Assembly (NCBI RefSeq): GCF_009914755.1
Contig: NC_060935.1
Direction: 5' to 3' (one strand)
Length of the DNA stretch: 64,000 nt
Origin: the human T2T-CHM13v2.0 reference genome, Homo sapiens
The notes under the pieces were generated by a model. It saw only the letters and a program-made list of their open reading frames with translations, did not search any database and was not told the DNA's origin. The translations under genes were made by a program, and so were the position numbers. Every line of letters begins with the position of its first letter. Positions within the stretch are counted from its first letter, which is position 1. Below are positions 1 through 11,640 of the stretch, in pieces.

Positions 1-269
1 CAGAAAGCAGGGGGAGGGAGAAAAGAGGTTTTTAAAACTTTTGCTGTATGTTAGGAACGAATGCCCCTTTGGCATTTTCCAAGCAGCTTCATAAAAGATT
101 TAAATCATTTCTCAATACTTTTTGGATGTCTGCCTTCTGCTTCTTTTGAATATAACAGTGTGGGATGGGTGTGGGGAGAGAAGATAAACAAAACATAGGC
201 AGTGCCATGATGGGGAGGTGCAAGGTGCAGGGTGCAGGGGTGGCTCCTGAAAAGAGCACCTCCTGATCC

Positions 270-760
270 AGAGTCACAAAAGGCCCCCAGGGAGGAATTG
301 ATCAAACCAAAATGTGGATGAGTAGATGTTAGGCGAACACCAGGCAAATGGTGGTGAGAGAAGGGAGCAAAGTGTATTCCAGGCAGGGGGAATAACTTGG
401 GGGAAGGCAGACTCCAGGATCTGGAAGCAGTTTAGGCTGGTGGGACCGTCTGTATGCATGCGGTAGGGATGCGCAAAGAAATGGAGCTGAAGGGCCGGCA
501 GGGACACTGCCAGGCCTCATGAGCTATGTGACAGCCCGTGGACCATGTCCAGCAGGCAACCAGGAGCCACCGAGGGTGTTAGCAGAACAGTCATGTGGTC
601 AGTTTGCATTTTAAAATGTTCATCTGTCTGTTCTGTGGGAAATGGATTGGAGGAGGCAAAACAGAGGGGTGCAGATTAGGAGGCTATTGAGATAGATTGG
701 ACAAGAGACCCTGGCAGCTTGGGCTGGTCACTGCCAAGGGAAATGAGAAATGATGCTTGA
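270..760 (-). mobile_element. L2 (LINE2) fragment
   Basis: Purine-rich degenerate L2 3' region in antisense (e.g. 'attccaggcaggggg', 'gtggtcagtttgcattttaaaa', 'ttaggaggctattg'); boundaries approximate. Confidence 0.6.
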
Positions 761-974
761 TTCTAATGACATGCAGGAAATGGAGGCCTAATTCAGTACC
801 ATGTCTCCAGCATCTAGCTTCCTTCCTGATACTCAGTACAAAAGGATAACGCATATTTATTGAATGACTCAATAAATGAACAGAAGACCTAATAAACACA
901 CAAAGAAGCTGGTACTGGTATGTAAACGTTAGCATGCTTAAACCTCATCCCTTCATTGTACAATGTTCATAAAC

Positions 975-1165
975 AGCGGCTACCCGTTTCTGGAGGCCTG
1001 CTTGGACCAGGCAAGAGTATGAGGTACTTCATATGGATGATTTCCATGTCGCCTCTGCAGAACTCCTGTGGCCCAGGCATTTCTATTCCTATTTTGCAGG
1101 TCAGGAAACAGAAAAGTGAAGCAGCTTGCTCACATTCAGCTGGGGAGTAGGGAGCAGTGCTAAAT
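975..1165 (-). mobile_element. MIR fragment
   Basis: Antisense MIR core 'attcctattttgcaggtcaggaaacag...gtgaagcagcttgctca'. Confidence 0.6.
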
Positions 1166-1359
1166 TCTCACCCAGCGGTGTTCTTTCCATACCTCGTGAT
1201 CCCTCAGAATGACCTCTTCCAGGTTGAGGCACCCCCACACCCAGCTCCTCCATTCCGGTCCCCACCAGCCTCATACTGCAGCTAAAAGGAAACAGCTACC
1301 AAGTGAAATGAAAGGTTGGAAAGCACTAACCTGAAGTTCCTGAATATCCATTTTGGATA

Positions 1360-1500
1360 TATTTCATTAGTATCTTCATCATCATCAACAAACATTTAGT
1401 GAGCACCTTCTGTATACCAGGTGCTGTGCTAGATAATAAGGGTACAAAGAACTGGATACCTTCCCTGTCCTGGAGGAACTCATAGTTTAGTGGGCAGGAG
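1360..1500 (-). mobile_element. L2 3' end
   Basis: 'caacaaacatttagtgagcaccttctgtataccaggtgctgtgctag...ccctgtcctggaggaactcatagtttagtgg' is the antisense L2 terminus. Confidence 0.7.
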
Positions 1501-2079
1501 GAGTGGTTGAGGAAGTGGTCTGGGTTCTGTAAGAGCTTGTGCAAAGCTCAGAACTGTGGACACACTGGGCACATCTAGTGAGGCCACGACATGGGGCCCA
1601 GGAGAGAAAGAGGTGGCAGATGAGAATGGAAAGGCAGGTGGGTGAGAACCTGACTTGGGACCATAACAATGGGGACAAACAGAAGAGTTCAGAAGTTAAA
1701 GATGCCTCAGTGATGGGCCTGACAGGACGCTGATCACTTAGTGATGAGAATGAACGGAAAAATGCTCACCTGGAGGTACTAGAGAATCTGGATGTTTCAG
1801 CCAATTGGCTGCCCAAGCAGACCCCGCCCCTGGCTCCAGTGTAACTGCTGAGATATTTCATTGATCCCCAAAGCCAATTGATCCCTCAGGAGTAGACTAA
1901 GAAACAAAGAAGGGATTGTCTGTGTCCCAACTCCCTTGACAGACAAAAGCTTCTGCTTTTCTGCTTCTCTCCTTACCTGTCGAAATTCAAAAATCTGATC
2001 AACCCTCTTGGCCCCTCAAACCAAATAACTCCGTCTTTGGCTAAATAGAGAAGAGGAGATCGAGGATTTGAAGAGACAC

Positions 2080-2390
2080 TTATTTATCTCTTTACCAGAC
2101 AGTCTAATGAATAATTTCATGTTTGCAAAAGCTCATTTTGAAATTTGAAGACAAGAGATATATTGCCAAGGCGGCTCTAATACTGCGACATTAATTTTGC
2201 ACTGAAAGATTTACTCAAAAATTAGATTTTACAATTTTAATGCCTCCATTCTTTTCTTTAAATAAGCTGTGAAATACAGTTAATTAGACTTAAACCCTGG
2301 AAGCTTAGACGTTTGAGCTTTGGTGTAAGCTACAAAAGAAAGCAAGCTTTTTCACTTGCAAATTAAATCTAAATTCATTACACGCCTAAA
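2080..2390. promoter_or_regulatory. Candidate conserved non-coding element / enhancer
   Basis: Repeat-free AT-rich block with clustered TAAT/ATTA motifs (CTAATGA, ATTAAT, TTAATTAG); conservation cannot be tested here. Confidence 0.4.
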
Positions 2391-3494
2391 CCTATACCAC
2401 TTGCAGAAATCCTACTGGGCTGAGGAAGGGTCTTCTTGAGGCTCCAGATGTCTCCCTACAGAATCCTGGCTGCAGAGAAGGATTGGGGAAATGAAAGGAG
2501 AGACAGACTGGGAGTGGAAAAGACAGAAAGCATCTGACAAGTTGTCTTGGACAACGTTGGCATATTCTTTGGAGCATTAGCCCTGAGAATTGCCCCTTGG
2601 AGGAAGAAAAGGTTCCATGCACACAAAAAAACAAAACCAGGAGATAACTGCATATCATGCTCCCATCCTGGAAAGTCACAGGTTCAAAGAAGTAAAACAA
2701 ACAAGCAAATCAACAACAACAACAAAAACAAAAACTGTTTAACTTTGTCTCACCCAGAATTTTCCAAACACATTTGAGAGCAAAGCCCTTTTTCTCAAAA
2801 CACCTTATGTCTGGGTCTGTCTACTGCTCTCTGGAACACAGTCTGCTCTCGGCTCTGACAGCTCCACAAAGACAACTTTCTCCTACCTAGACATGGCCTC
2901 AAAGACCGAGCTCAAACCTGTTCTCTTCCATGTTGATCTCTTCAGTGTGAGCTGTGGAACAATCTCATGCACAGCCATCTAAGAAATACAAAATTGGAAT
3001 CACAGCAGGTTGAGGAATTGGGGGGCCCAGGGTAGATACAGTATGGGTATTCACCTAAGTGATGCTGCCTGCTTAACACTGCTCAACACATTCATCAGAG
3101 AAACAACCAGTTCAAAGATGTAAGGAAATGCAGGCACCTTTTAGCCCAACAGTCTACATAATGCTAAAATCTTTCCACAAAGCCCGTGATGGGCTCATCC
3201 AGTGCCTGAACATTTATGACAGGGAACTTGCTGCTCCCTGGATATCCCTCTTGTCTCTAGACAGTTCTGACCCCATATGTAGATATAAGGCTGCCTCTTT
3301 AGAAAACCCCCCACTAGCCTGGAGTACAGCTTGTCCAGGACCTTGCCAGGTGGGCTCCAAATAGGCTGGCCATGGGACCCCATTCCCAGTCACCCCTAGG
3401 ACTTCCCCATCTATGCCTACGTTTCTGAATCAAAGCAACCCTCTTCCCAGCTATTAGCTATTGCCACATTCCATGGCCAAACCCCTTTCCTTAG

Positions 3495-3610
3495 GCCACT
3501 GTTTTCTAAACTTTCTTGGGACCACGGATGCCACTGAGTTTTCTAATGAAATTGATGGGTCTCCCCAGAATTGTCCAATATTAGAAGCTTCACAAACACC
3601 TTGAAGTTTA
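3495..3610 (+). mobile_element. hAT-Charlie-type MER fragment
   Basis: 'cactgttttctaaactttcttgggaccacggatgcc...gggtctccccagaa' resembles a Charlie-type terminal inverted repeat (TIR) end. Confidence 0.4.
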
Positions 3611-3819
3611 TTTCATTCTTGCCTGTGTGGCATCCTAGTGGAGGTATCTTGACCTGATTGCTGGCGTTGACTAAAGCTAACCAACTCCAATAGACTTTCA
3701 AGAGTTTTCCAACTATCTGCTTGCAGACCTTCCTCTTGTGTCCTTTGCTATTCAGGACACCCTGTCTGCAAACTGCCTAGTATTCTATTCAAGATATAAT
3801 TCACCTTTGAAAAGTAATA

Positions 3820-4370
3820 ATAAAAATGATAATAATAATAATTCCACCTTACTTTTGCAGTTTACAGAGTGCTGTCATGAACTTTACTTAATTTGACCCT
3901 CACTGGGCCCGTCATAGAAGTTATCCTTTGCTTTTTTTTGCGGGGGTGGGGTGGCGGGGAGAGTTTCACTCTTGTTCCCCAAGCTGGAGTGCAACAGCAC
4001 GATCTCAGCTCACTCACTGCAACCTCCACTTCCCGGATTCAAGCAATTCTCCTGCCTCAGTCTCCTGAGTGGCTGGGATTACAGGTGCACACCACTACGC
4101 CTGGCTAATTTTTTGTATTTTTAGTAGAAATGAGGTTTCACCATGTTAGCCGGGCTGGTCTCGAACTCCTGACCTCAGGTGATCCGCCTGCTTCGGCCTC
4201 CCAAAGTGCTGAGATTACAGGTGTGAGCCACCGTGCCCAGCCTATCCTTTGCTTTTAACAAAGAAAAAAACAGCCTCAGAAAGGTTAGGTGACTTGCCCA
4301 GTACTAGAGCCAGAAGACAGGCTTCCTGTGTTCTCGTTCAGTATTCTTCTACAGTATCACGCTGCCTCCA
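3820..4370 (-). mobile_element. MIR interrupted by Alu
   Basis: MIR core resumes after the Alu ('cagcctcagaaaggttaggtgacttgccca'). Confidence 0.6.
3936..4242 (-). mobile_element. AluS (Sq/Sp-like)
   Basis: Full dimer; TSD TATCCTTTGCTTTT at 3922-3935 and 4243-4256. Confidence 0.95.
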
Positions 4371-4504
4371 AACTAGAAATCGCAAATTCTACATTTTCAC
4401 ATAGTACCCATGGTCCTTGGTGGCCAGAGGGTGACAGAAGGGAGAGGAGGGTATGTATTCTTTACATAGCAAGTGAAAGGATCAACAGATTATTTTGTAT
4501 ATGA

Positions 4505-4705
4505 CAGGATTAAGAACAATACTTGGGATTTCAAAGCGCCAGGGTTCACTACTGACTCCGCTACTTGCCAGCTATGTAACTTTGAACAAGGTACTTCACC
4601 TTTGGAATTAATAGCAGAGCTGAAGTACTCGAGCTACAGAGAGGGCTAAATGAGATAACACACATAAAGTGCTTGGCACATGGTACACACTCACCAGATG
4701 TTAGC
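4505..4705 (+). mobile_element. MIR
   Basis: 'ctacttgccagctatgtaactttgaacaaggtacttcacc...taaatgagataacacacataaagtgcttggcacatggta'. Confidence 0.75.
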
Positions 4706-4735
4706 CCAAAAAGGAATGTGGGCCAGGGAAGCCAC

Positions 4736-4764
<29 letters not shown>
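4736..4764 (+). repeat. poly(A)29 tract
   Basis: Uninterrupted A run. Confidence 0.95.
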
Positions 4765-4768
<4 letters not shown>

Positions 4769-4769
4769 T

Positions 4770-5670
4770 CCTAAATTGGGCTCAGGGAGTGGCTGTAGGT
4801 GTTCGTATGCAAAAACAGGATGAGGCCTCTGAAAAGGTGTCCAGGCAGGAAATTGTAAAGTACATTAAGTTGGGGGAAGGTTATAAATAAGCTACAGTCT
4901 TGAACAGCAAATGTTGCATGGGTGGAGGGAGCAGAGAGTGGAAAATTGAGTCAACTAGGGCTTTGGAGTCTGGGCTTTTCTCTGAGGCCATGGGAAGTCA
5001 TTGAAGGATTTTGAAATGGAGAGGGATACAGAGTGATGGTCAACTGGCTGATAACTGGAAGCAGGGACAGGCTAAAGCAGGGGACCCCAACCCCTGGGGG
5101 ACCAGTATCAGTCTATGGTCTGTTAGGAACCAAGCCACACAACAGGAGGTGAGCGGCGGGTGAGCAAACAAAGCTTCATCTGTATTTACAGCCACTCCCC
5201 ATTGCTTGCATTACCACCTGAGCTCCTCCTCCTGTGAGATCAGTGGCGGCATTACATGCTCATAGGAGTGCAAACGCTATTGTGAACTGCACATGTGAGG
5301 GATCTGGGTTGTGAGCTCCTTATGAGAATCTAATGCCTGATGATCTGTCACTGTCTCCCATCACCCCCAGATGGGACCATCTAGTTGCTGGAAAACAAGC
5401 TCAGGGCTCCCACTGATTCTACATTATGGTGAGTTGTATAATTATTTCATTATGTATTGCAATATAATAATAAGAGAAATAAAGTGCACAATAAATGTAA
5501 TGCACTCTGGTGCGTGGGAAAAACTGTCTTCCACTGGCCATGGTCTGTAGAAAAACTGTCTTCCACGAGACCAGTCCCTGGTGCCAAAAAGTTGGGGACC
5601 ACTGGACTGAAGAGTAGATACAACTTTGGAGGTTATTGCAGTGACCTGGGTGATAGAGATGGAAAGTAAT
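4770..5670 (-). mobile_element. L2 fragment interrupted by MER1A
   Basis: 'ggcttttctctgaggccatgggaagtcattgaaggattttgaa' and 'ggaggttattgcagtgacctgggtgatagagatgg' flank the MER1A. Confidence 0.5.
5078..5604 (+). mobile_element. MER1A (hAT-Charlie non-autonomous DNA transposon)
   Basis: TIRs CAGGGGACCCCAAC / GTTGGGGACCACTG; 8-bp TSD GGCTAAAG / GACTGAAG; MER1A body. Confidence 0.92.
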
Positions 5671-7649
5671 CTCTTACCTCTTTCTTGGCTCTAGCAAGGT
5701 GCCTCTGCCTTCTGCCCAATCTCCAGGTCCCTCTCCCATCCTCACCCTGAGTGCCCCAGGTAGAATCCCTGGGTCTCTGTGGTGAACCCTATTCCAAGAT
5801 TCCCATTTTGATGGGCTGGCTTGCAACACAGTTTGAATCTCTGGTTGAGATCATTCTTAAGTGTTGCCTTTCTGGGGACTGGAGCCTGAACTTGGGACCC
5901 ACCCACCCCTGATCCAACACACCATGTTGAAAATAGCAGTATGACAGCAGCAAAGCCTTCAGGGAGCTTGCAGCCCAGTACAGAGAGCAAGCCATGTGCA
6001 AGAATGACTATAACATAAGGCCAAGCATGAGTCACAGAGCTTTTTAGAATAGCTCTAGCTAAACAGCTATGGTTGTTCTAAAAAGAACGGATCAGGGAAG
6101 CCTTCGTGGGTCTCCATTTATTTGGGCCACCTGACTATTTCCATCAGAGCTACATGCCACCTATCACAAAGGCACGGCCACAGTGGAAAATGGCCAAAAT
6201 CCCTCCTCACTTGGCCCGACAGGCCCTGCTCTCACCTCTCTGCATGTTCCAGATACCTGCTTTTAGCTCTTCTTGACTGAGACTGTGGCTGCTACCCCAG
6301 CCAGCCACGGAGGCATAGCTCTCCCTCTTAGATCTGCAAATATGCCCAAAATGGGATTGAAGAGGGGTGAAGAAAACAAACTTTGCAAGGAAAACAAGAG
6401 AAAAATACCAAGAATTATAAAAAGAAATATGTTTGCAGAGTGATTGTTTCTGGTTGCAAACTGAGCACTTAGCAAAATATTGACTTGCTGGGCACAGCCT
6501 TTGAGGGCCCCAGGCGGTGGTCTCTTGCCATTTCAAGATTTTCTTTGCTGAATACTTAAGAGATATTTGAATTTCTCTCCAAGCAGATAAAGGCTGGCCC
6601 TCTCCCAGGTGCCATGGGATCCTCAGTGCCTTCTTGAATCTGTCTGGTCTCCCATTTGGGTCCCTAGTTACCTCCATTAGACTGAAGCTGCTGCTCTGAC
6701 ACTGCCAGCTCTGTCCAGCAGGGCACATTTTGCCTGGGACGCTGCCCTCTGCTTGTGCCCCTGCCTGTGCCTCCTGTGTTAACCCAGCAGAGGCTTTCCT
6801 TCTTCCAACTCAAGACCCTCCTGACTTGAACCTGGAATAGTCCTCTCACCTGCCTGCCTCCCTGGCTATGCATGCTTGGTTTGCTGACCACTAAATGTCA
6901 GTTAAAACTTATTCTCTTCTCAGATAAACTTGCTCTGCACCCCTTGTGCATCCACATCTCACTCATCTACTTCCAGGCAGTCTTGAGAGCTGACACCCTC
7001 TTTCCCTGGCTGGGTCACACTGTTTCCTTCCCAGGATCAGAAATAGACACGACCTCCATTTTTACCTGTAAATCCCATTCTTCCTTTTACACTCACCCTC
7101 TGGTCTCCTGGATGGAGAGTGGAGTCATCCTGTTTACAGCAACAAGTTGGCAATTGCAGCAATGCCCTAAGCATCCTCCGTGCCTCAGGCCTCCCAGGCC
7201 CTCATCTGTATTCCACAGTTCAGCAGGGAAAGAGCTTTCCATAGTGCATGTCTTGTGCAACTTCCCCAGCCTCACATTCCTGGCCTCCCATTGTTCTCAC
7301 AGAATACCTATGTCTGATTCACAGTCAACAGCACCCTGTGTGAGGCATTCCCCACCTGCCTTCCCAGTCTCAATCCTGGGCACTCCCCGTCATTCACCTT
7401 CCCTCCAGCCATTCTAGTTAGAGGGTCCCAAATGCACCCTGCTTTTCACCGGCCCTTCTGCTTCCTGCCTGCCCTACTCCATACACTGAAGGAATGTTTA
7501 CTCAACCTCCACCAGGAAACCCTCTTTGACCTCCCTCAACAGAGACAGCCACATCATTCTCTGTGGATCCCACAGTGCTGTATTTGGACCTGTGTTACAA
7601 GATAATATTATTTCTGTAATTATGGATGTTCTGTCTCCCCAAGACATCA

Positions 7650-7890
7650 AACTGTGGCCAAAAGCCCAGACTCAGAGTCCAACAGAGCAAAGATCAAATT
7701 CCAGCTCCATCGTTTTCTAGCTGGGTGCCCTTCAGCAAGAGCAGACCTTAGTCTCAGCTTTCTCCTGTGTAAAACGGTAATAAAGATAATGAGACCTACC
7801 TTATAAGGTTATTGTAAGGATTAAATAAGTTAATGCGTATAAATCACATTGCCTGATACAAGGTAAGCTGCTATTCAATATTGGCTCATT
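7650..7890 (+). mobile_element. MIR
   Basis: 'aaattccagctccat...tctcagctttctcctgtgtaaaacgg...cctaccttataaggttattgtaaggattaaat'. Confidence 0.8.
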
Positions 7891-7911
7891 CTATTTTAGA
7901 AACTGGAACCC

Positions 7912-8223
<312 letters not shown>

Positions 8224-8256
8224 AGAAACTGGAACCCTAAGTTCTTACCACATAGG

Positions 8257-8488
8257 AACAATAACTAAATTTATTTAGTATTTGCTAGCTTTACTTGTAT
8301 CAACCCATTTAATGTTCATAACAACTGCATGAAAATGTTGTTTTGTTATCTGTATTTTGCAGATGAGAAAATAGAGGCAAAGAGGCTAAAAAACTTGCCT
8401 AAGTTAATGCAACCAGTGAGCAGCAGATCCAAACCTAAGAAGTCTTGTTCCAGAGCCTTCTACTCTAACAACCATACCCCACTGCCTC
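8257..8488 (-). mobile_element. MIR
   Basis: 'tattttgcagatgagaaaatagaggcaaagaggctaaaaaacttgcctaag'. Confidence 0.8.
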
Positions 8489-9430
8489 TTTACATATTCA
8501 CTAAACATTTATTATAAAACATGAACCAATCAACCCATTCAACTTTGTATCCTTAGTGCCTAGCATGGACCCAACACATAATGAGTTCTCAGAAACGGTT
8601 GTTGGTTAATGAGGAGCAGCAATTCCAAGTGCAAGGAATCAGGCTCTCCCTGTTATCAGTTCTCCTCACTTCTCCGTGTGTTCCCATGATTTTGACTCAG
8701 GGAACCCCAGCAGGAGTGGGCTTCCATCATCCTAGCACTTTGATCTTCACGATAAACAAGTGCAGTAAAGAGAGCAGGTTTCCTGTTCACTAAAGAAGGG
8801 GAGGAAGGCCCCTCTGCGGCCCAGGCAGCCATAGCTCTGCTCCAACCCACATGACCCCTGGCATCTGCAATGATTTGCAGAGAGAGAAAAGGGAAAGAGA
8901 GTGAGCCCCAGACAGGGAGAGATAGAGAGAGCATTTGACTCATTAGCTTCATATTAAATTCTGACGTTTGAACCTGACGGAATCCGAGTAGGGCTGGAGT
9001 AATGAATTAATCCCAGGGAAGAAGACAGGTCTACAGCTCCTCAGCTATTAGCAGCCCACTGTGCAGGGGAGCCCTGCTGAGCTGACATGTGTCACAGAGT
9101 TTGTTCCCCACCACCCGGCTCCTTGTGGAACCTCCCTGGTCTGGCCCAGTCAACCTCAGGAAGATTAGCACATGATAGGGATTCAACATGTGTTTGCCCA
9201 TTGAGGCACGAATTGAGGAGTAGGTCACTCCCCCTGCAGTTTGATGGGATGAGACCAAGCCTCCTGTGAGTGACTGCCCCAGCTAGCAGTCTCCACATCT
9301 CCTAGGGGTCATTTGGTCTAGACCCTCACCTTCGGACCCCTTTCCAGGGTCACAGATTGGAGTATCTCCTAGCAATGGATCATAAAGGAAAATGATGACC
9401 ACAGTGGTTATCAGCTTCCCCAGATTTGTA

Positions 9431-9464
9431 TTCATTCATTCATTCATTCATTCATTGTCTGTCT

Positions 9465-9507
<43 letters not shown>
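9431..9507. repeat. Compound microsatellite (TTCA)6 + (AC)21
   Basis: TTCA repeats at 9431-9456; AC repeat at 9466-9507. Confidence 0.95.
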
Positions 9508-9509
<2 letters not shown>

Positions 9510-10324
9510 CCCAAATCTATCACTCTCCCCTTCAGTCTTCCTGGCTACCCGCATTTTTATTGATGGCAGTTCAGGGGCAGTCACAGGATGATGCTGGCAC
9601 AAATCCTCAAAAGAGAAAGACAAGAGAGAGGGAGCCACAGAAAGGCATCTCCACATCCCCCCAGCTCTCTTCTCCAGGCTGGGCTGTCTCTAACCCCAGG
9701 CCACAGAATTCATCGCTCACTCTGATTCAGTGGGACAGTTATTTTATATTATTAAAATAAGAGATTATCATCACCACCAATCTCCATCTCCTTTCCAATC
9801 TCATCTGAAAAGCAGGCATTGCCTCCTGCTCCCGGACCCCTAATTCTCTCTGCCTCGGCTGTTAAATCATTTAACCTGGTAAAGTGTCGGGAGATGCATT
9901 TTACATGAGAGACACGAGGCGGGATAAATCTGGGCTGACTGCAGGGTCGGGAAAGAAATATCTGAGGTGCGGCCAAGAGTCAAAGAAAGCTTGGATGGCA
10001 AGCAAAGTCCGGAAGGGTGGGACTTCCCTCCTCTGCCCTCCTGCTTAGGGAACTAGAGAGCCAAGCCTGGTCCTTGTTTACAGAGTGGCAACTGAAACCA
10101 AAAACAGACAACGGCAAGAGTGGACCAGCAGACATCATGCAATCAATTGAGCCTTCTCCTGGACTTCTAAGATGGGACATTACCATGCATAGCCTTACCA
10201 GGCAATGGGACTCAGATTAGATCCAAGATGCAGCATTCAACTTGATCCACTCAAAGCTGGGCTGCAGAGCTTGGCACAGATGGAATTGTCTCAGAATGTC
10301 TAGGCTGTAGACCTCCAAGCATGA

Positions 10325-10460
10325 GTCTCTCAATTTATAGACAAGGAAACCAAAGCCCAGAGAGGTGTAGGGACTTAGCTGAGAGTACCTAATACTAGCA
10401 AAAAAAACCTGAATTTACCTCCAGATTTGAGCCTCCAGATCCTGGCCCATGGTCCAATGC
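10325..10460 (-). mobile_element. MIR fragment
   Basis: 'atttatagacaaggaaaccaaagcccagagaggtgtagggacttagctgag'. Confidence 0.65.
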
Positions 10461-10579
10461 CTGGTCCAGTGGGTTTAAGATTGATTCTAACCCGGGCCAT
10501 TTTCTGTACATTTAACACTTTGTGGTTTATAAATGACAACTCTGGTTACTCAGGGGCCTTGGTCAGAATACAAGGAAAG

Positions 10580-10760
10580 TTCATTTATTCATGAATTTAT
10601 TTTATCAACTCATATTGAGGTGTCTGCCATGTGCCAGCTCTGGGCTGGGTGCTGAAGACACAAATTTGGCCCACACACAACCTTGCCATCAAGGAGCTCA
10701 CGGGTAGATAACCACAACAAGGATAAATGGAAGGTGCTATGGGCACCCTGACTGCAAGGC
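10580..10760 (-). mobile_element. L2 3' end
   Basis: 'ttcatttattcatg...caactcatattgaggtgtctgccatgtgccagctctgggctgggtgctg'. Confidence 0.65.
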
Positions 10761-11080
10761 AAAGTAACTACCTGATAAAAACAATGCCAGGTATATGCTC
10801 TTGGGATTATAGGTTGAGAATATAATTTTCCCATATGATTTATCCATCAAATGGAGATTTTGCAAGCCACTGTGTGAGAGTTCCACAAATGCTTAATTGC
10901 CCCAGAATTCAAGGTTGCTAATTTCTCACTTGACCTGAAAAAGAGGAGCAACCCTTCCTGGGACATCTGATATATGGATAGCAGGTCCAAGGGTCCTGCC
11001 CCAATTAGGAGGTCATGCCTCTCGATTCAGCCTCTTACACTTAGAATGTACCAAGCACTTAAAACAGGGTGGGGGTGTAC

Positions 11081-11232
11081 GGTTGCCAGATTTTGCAAAT
11101 AAAAATACAGAATACCCAGTTAAATGTGAACCTCAGACATACTTACACTAAAAAAACCAAAACAACAACAACAACAAAAAAACACTATTGTCTGAAATTC
11201 AAATTTAGCTGGGTATTGTGTATTTTATCTGG
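11081..11232. mobile_element. MER53 (palindromic hAT MITE), internally deleted
   Basis: Left arm 'ggttgccagattttgcaaataaaaatacagaatacccagttaaat' is the reverse complement of right arm 'atttagctgggtattgtgtattttatctgg'. Confidence 0.8.
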
Positions 11233-11439
11233 GCATGGGAGAGAAAACCATTTAAAAATTGGACACACATGATTTGGGTGGGAGAAGCCTGGCTCGGGAG
11301 CCAGGGGAAGTGCCTGGAGCCCAGTGGGTGTCGTTGGCTCCCAGGGGAGGCAAAGCCCTCCCTCAGCACAGCCTCTCCCAACCCAACAGCAACTTGAATG
11401 ACCTCTTGCAGCTGTGCTAACCAGAATGCTCTTTCCCAA

Positions 11440-11640
11440 ACAACAGATTAATTGATTTAAAACTTTTAATGCCAGATGCTTGCTGGAAGCATTTTAATAA
11501 TCCTCGAGTCAGAATTAATCATGTCTCCTGATCTTTAAGGAGGGCAGTTATTAAATCCCACAGAGGCAGGGGATGGGGGCAGGGAGGAGGAAGAAGCTGT
11601 TTTACCTGGGTCCTCTTCATTGCTCTGCTCTAATTAAGAG
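11440..11640. promoter_or_regulatory. Candidate conserved non-coding element
   Basis: Repeat-free; GATTAATTGATTTA, GAATTAATC and CTAATTAAG homeodomain motifs. Confidence 0.4.
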
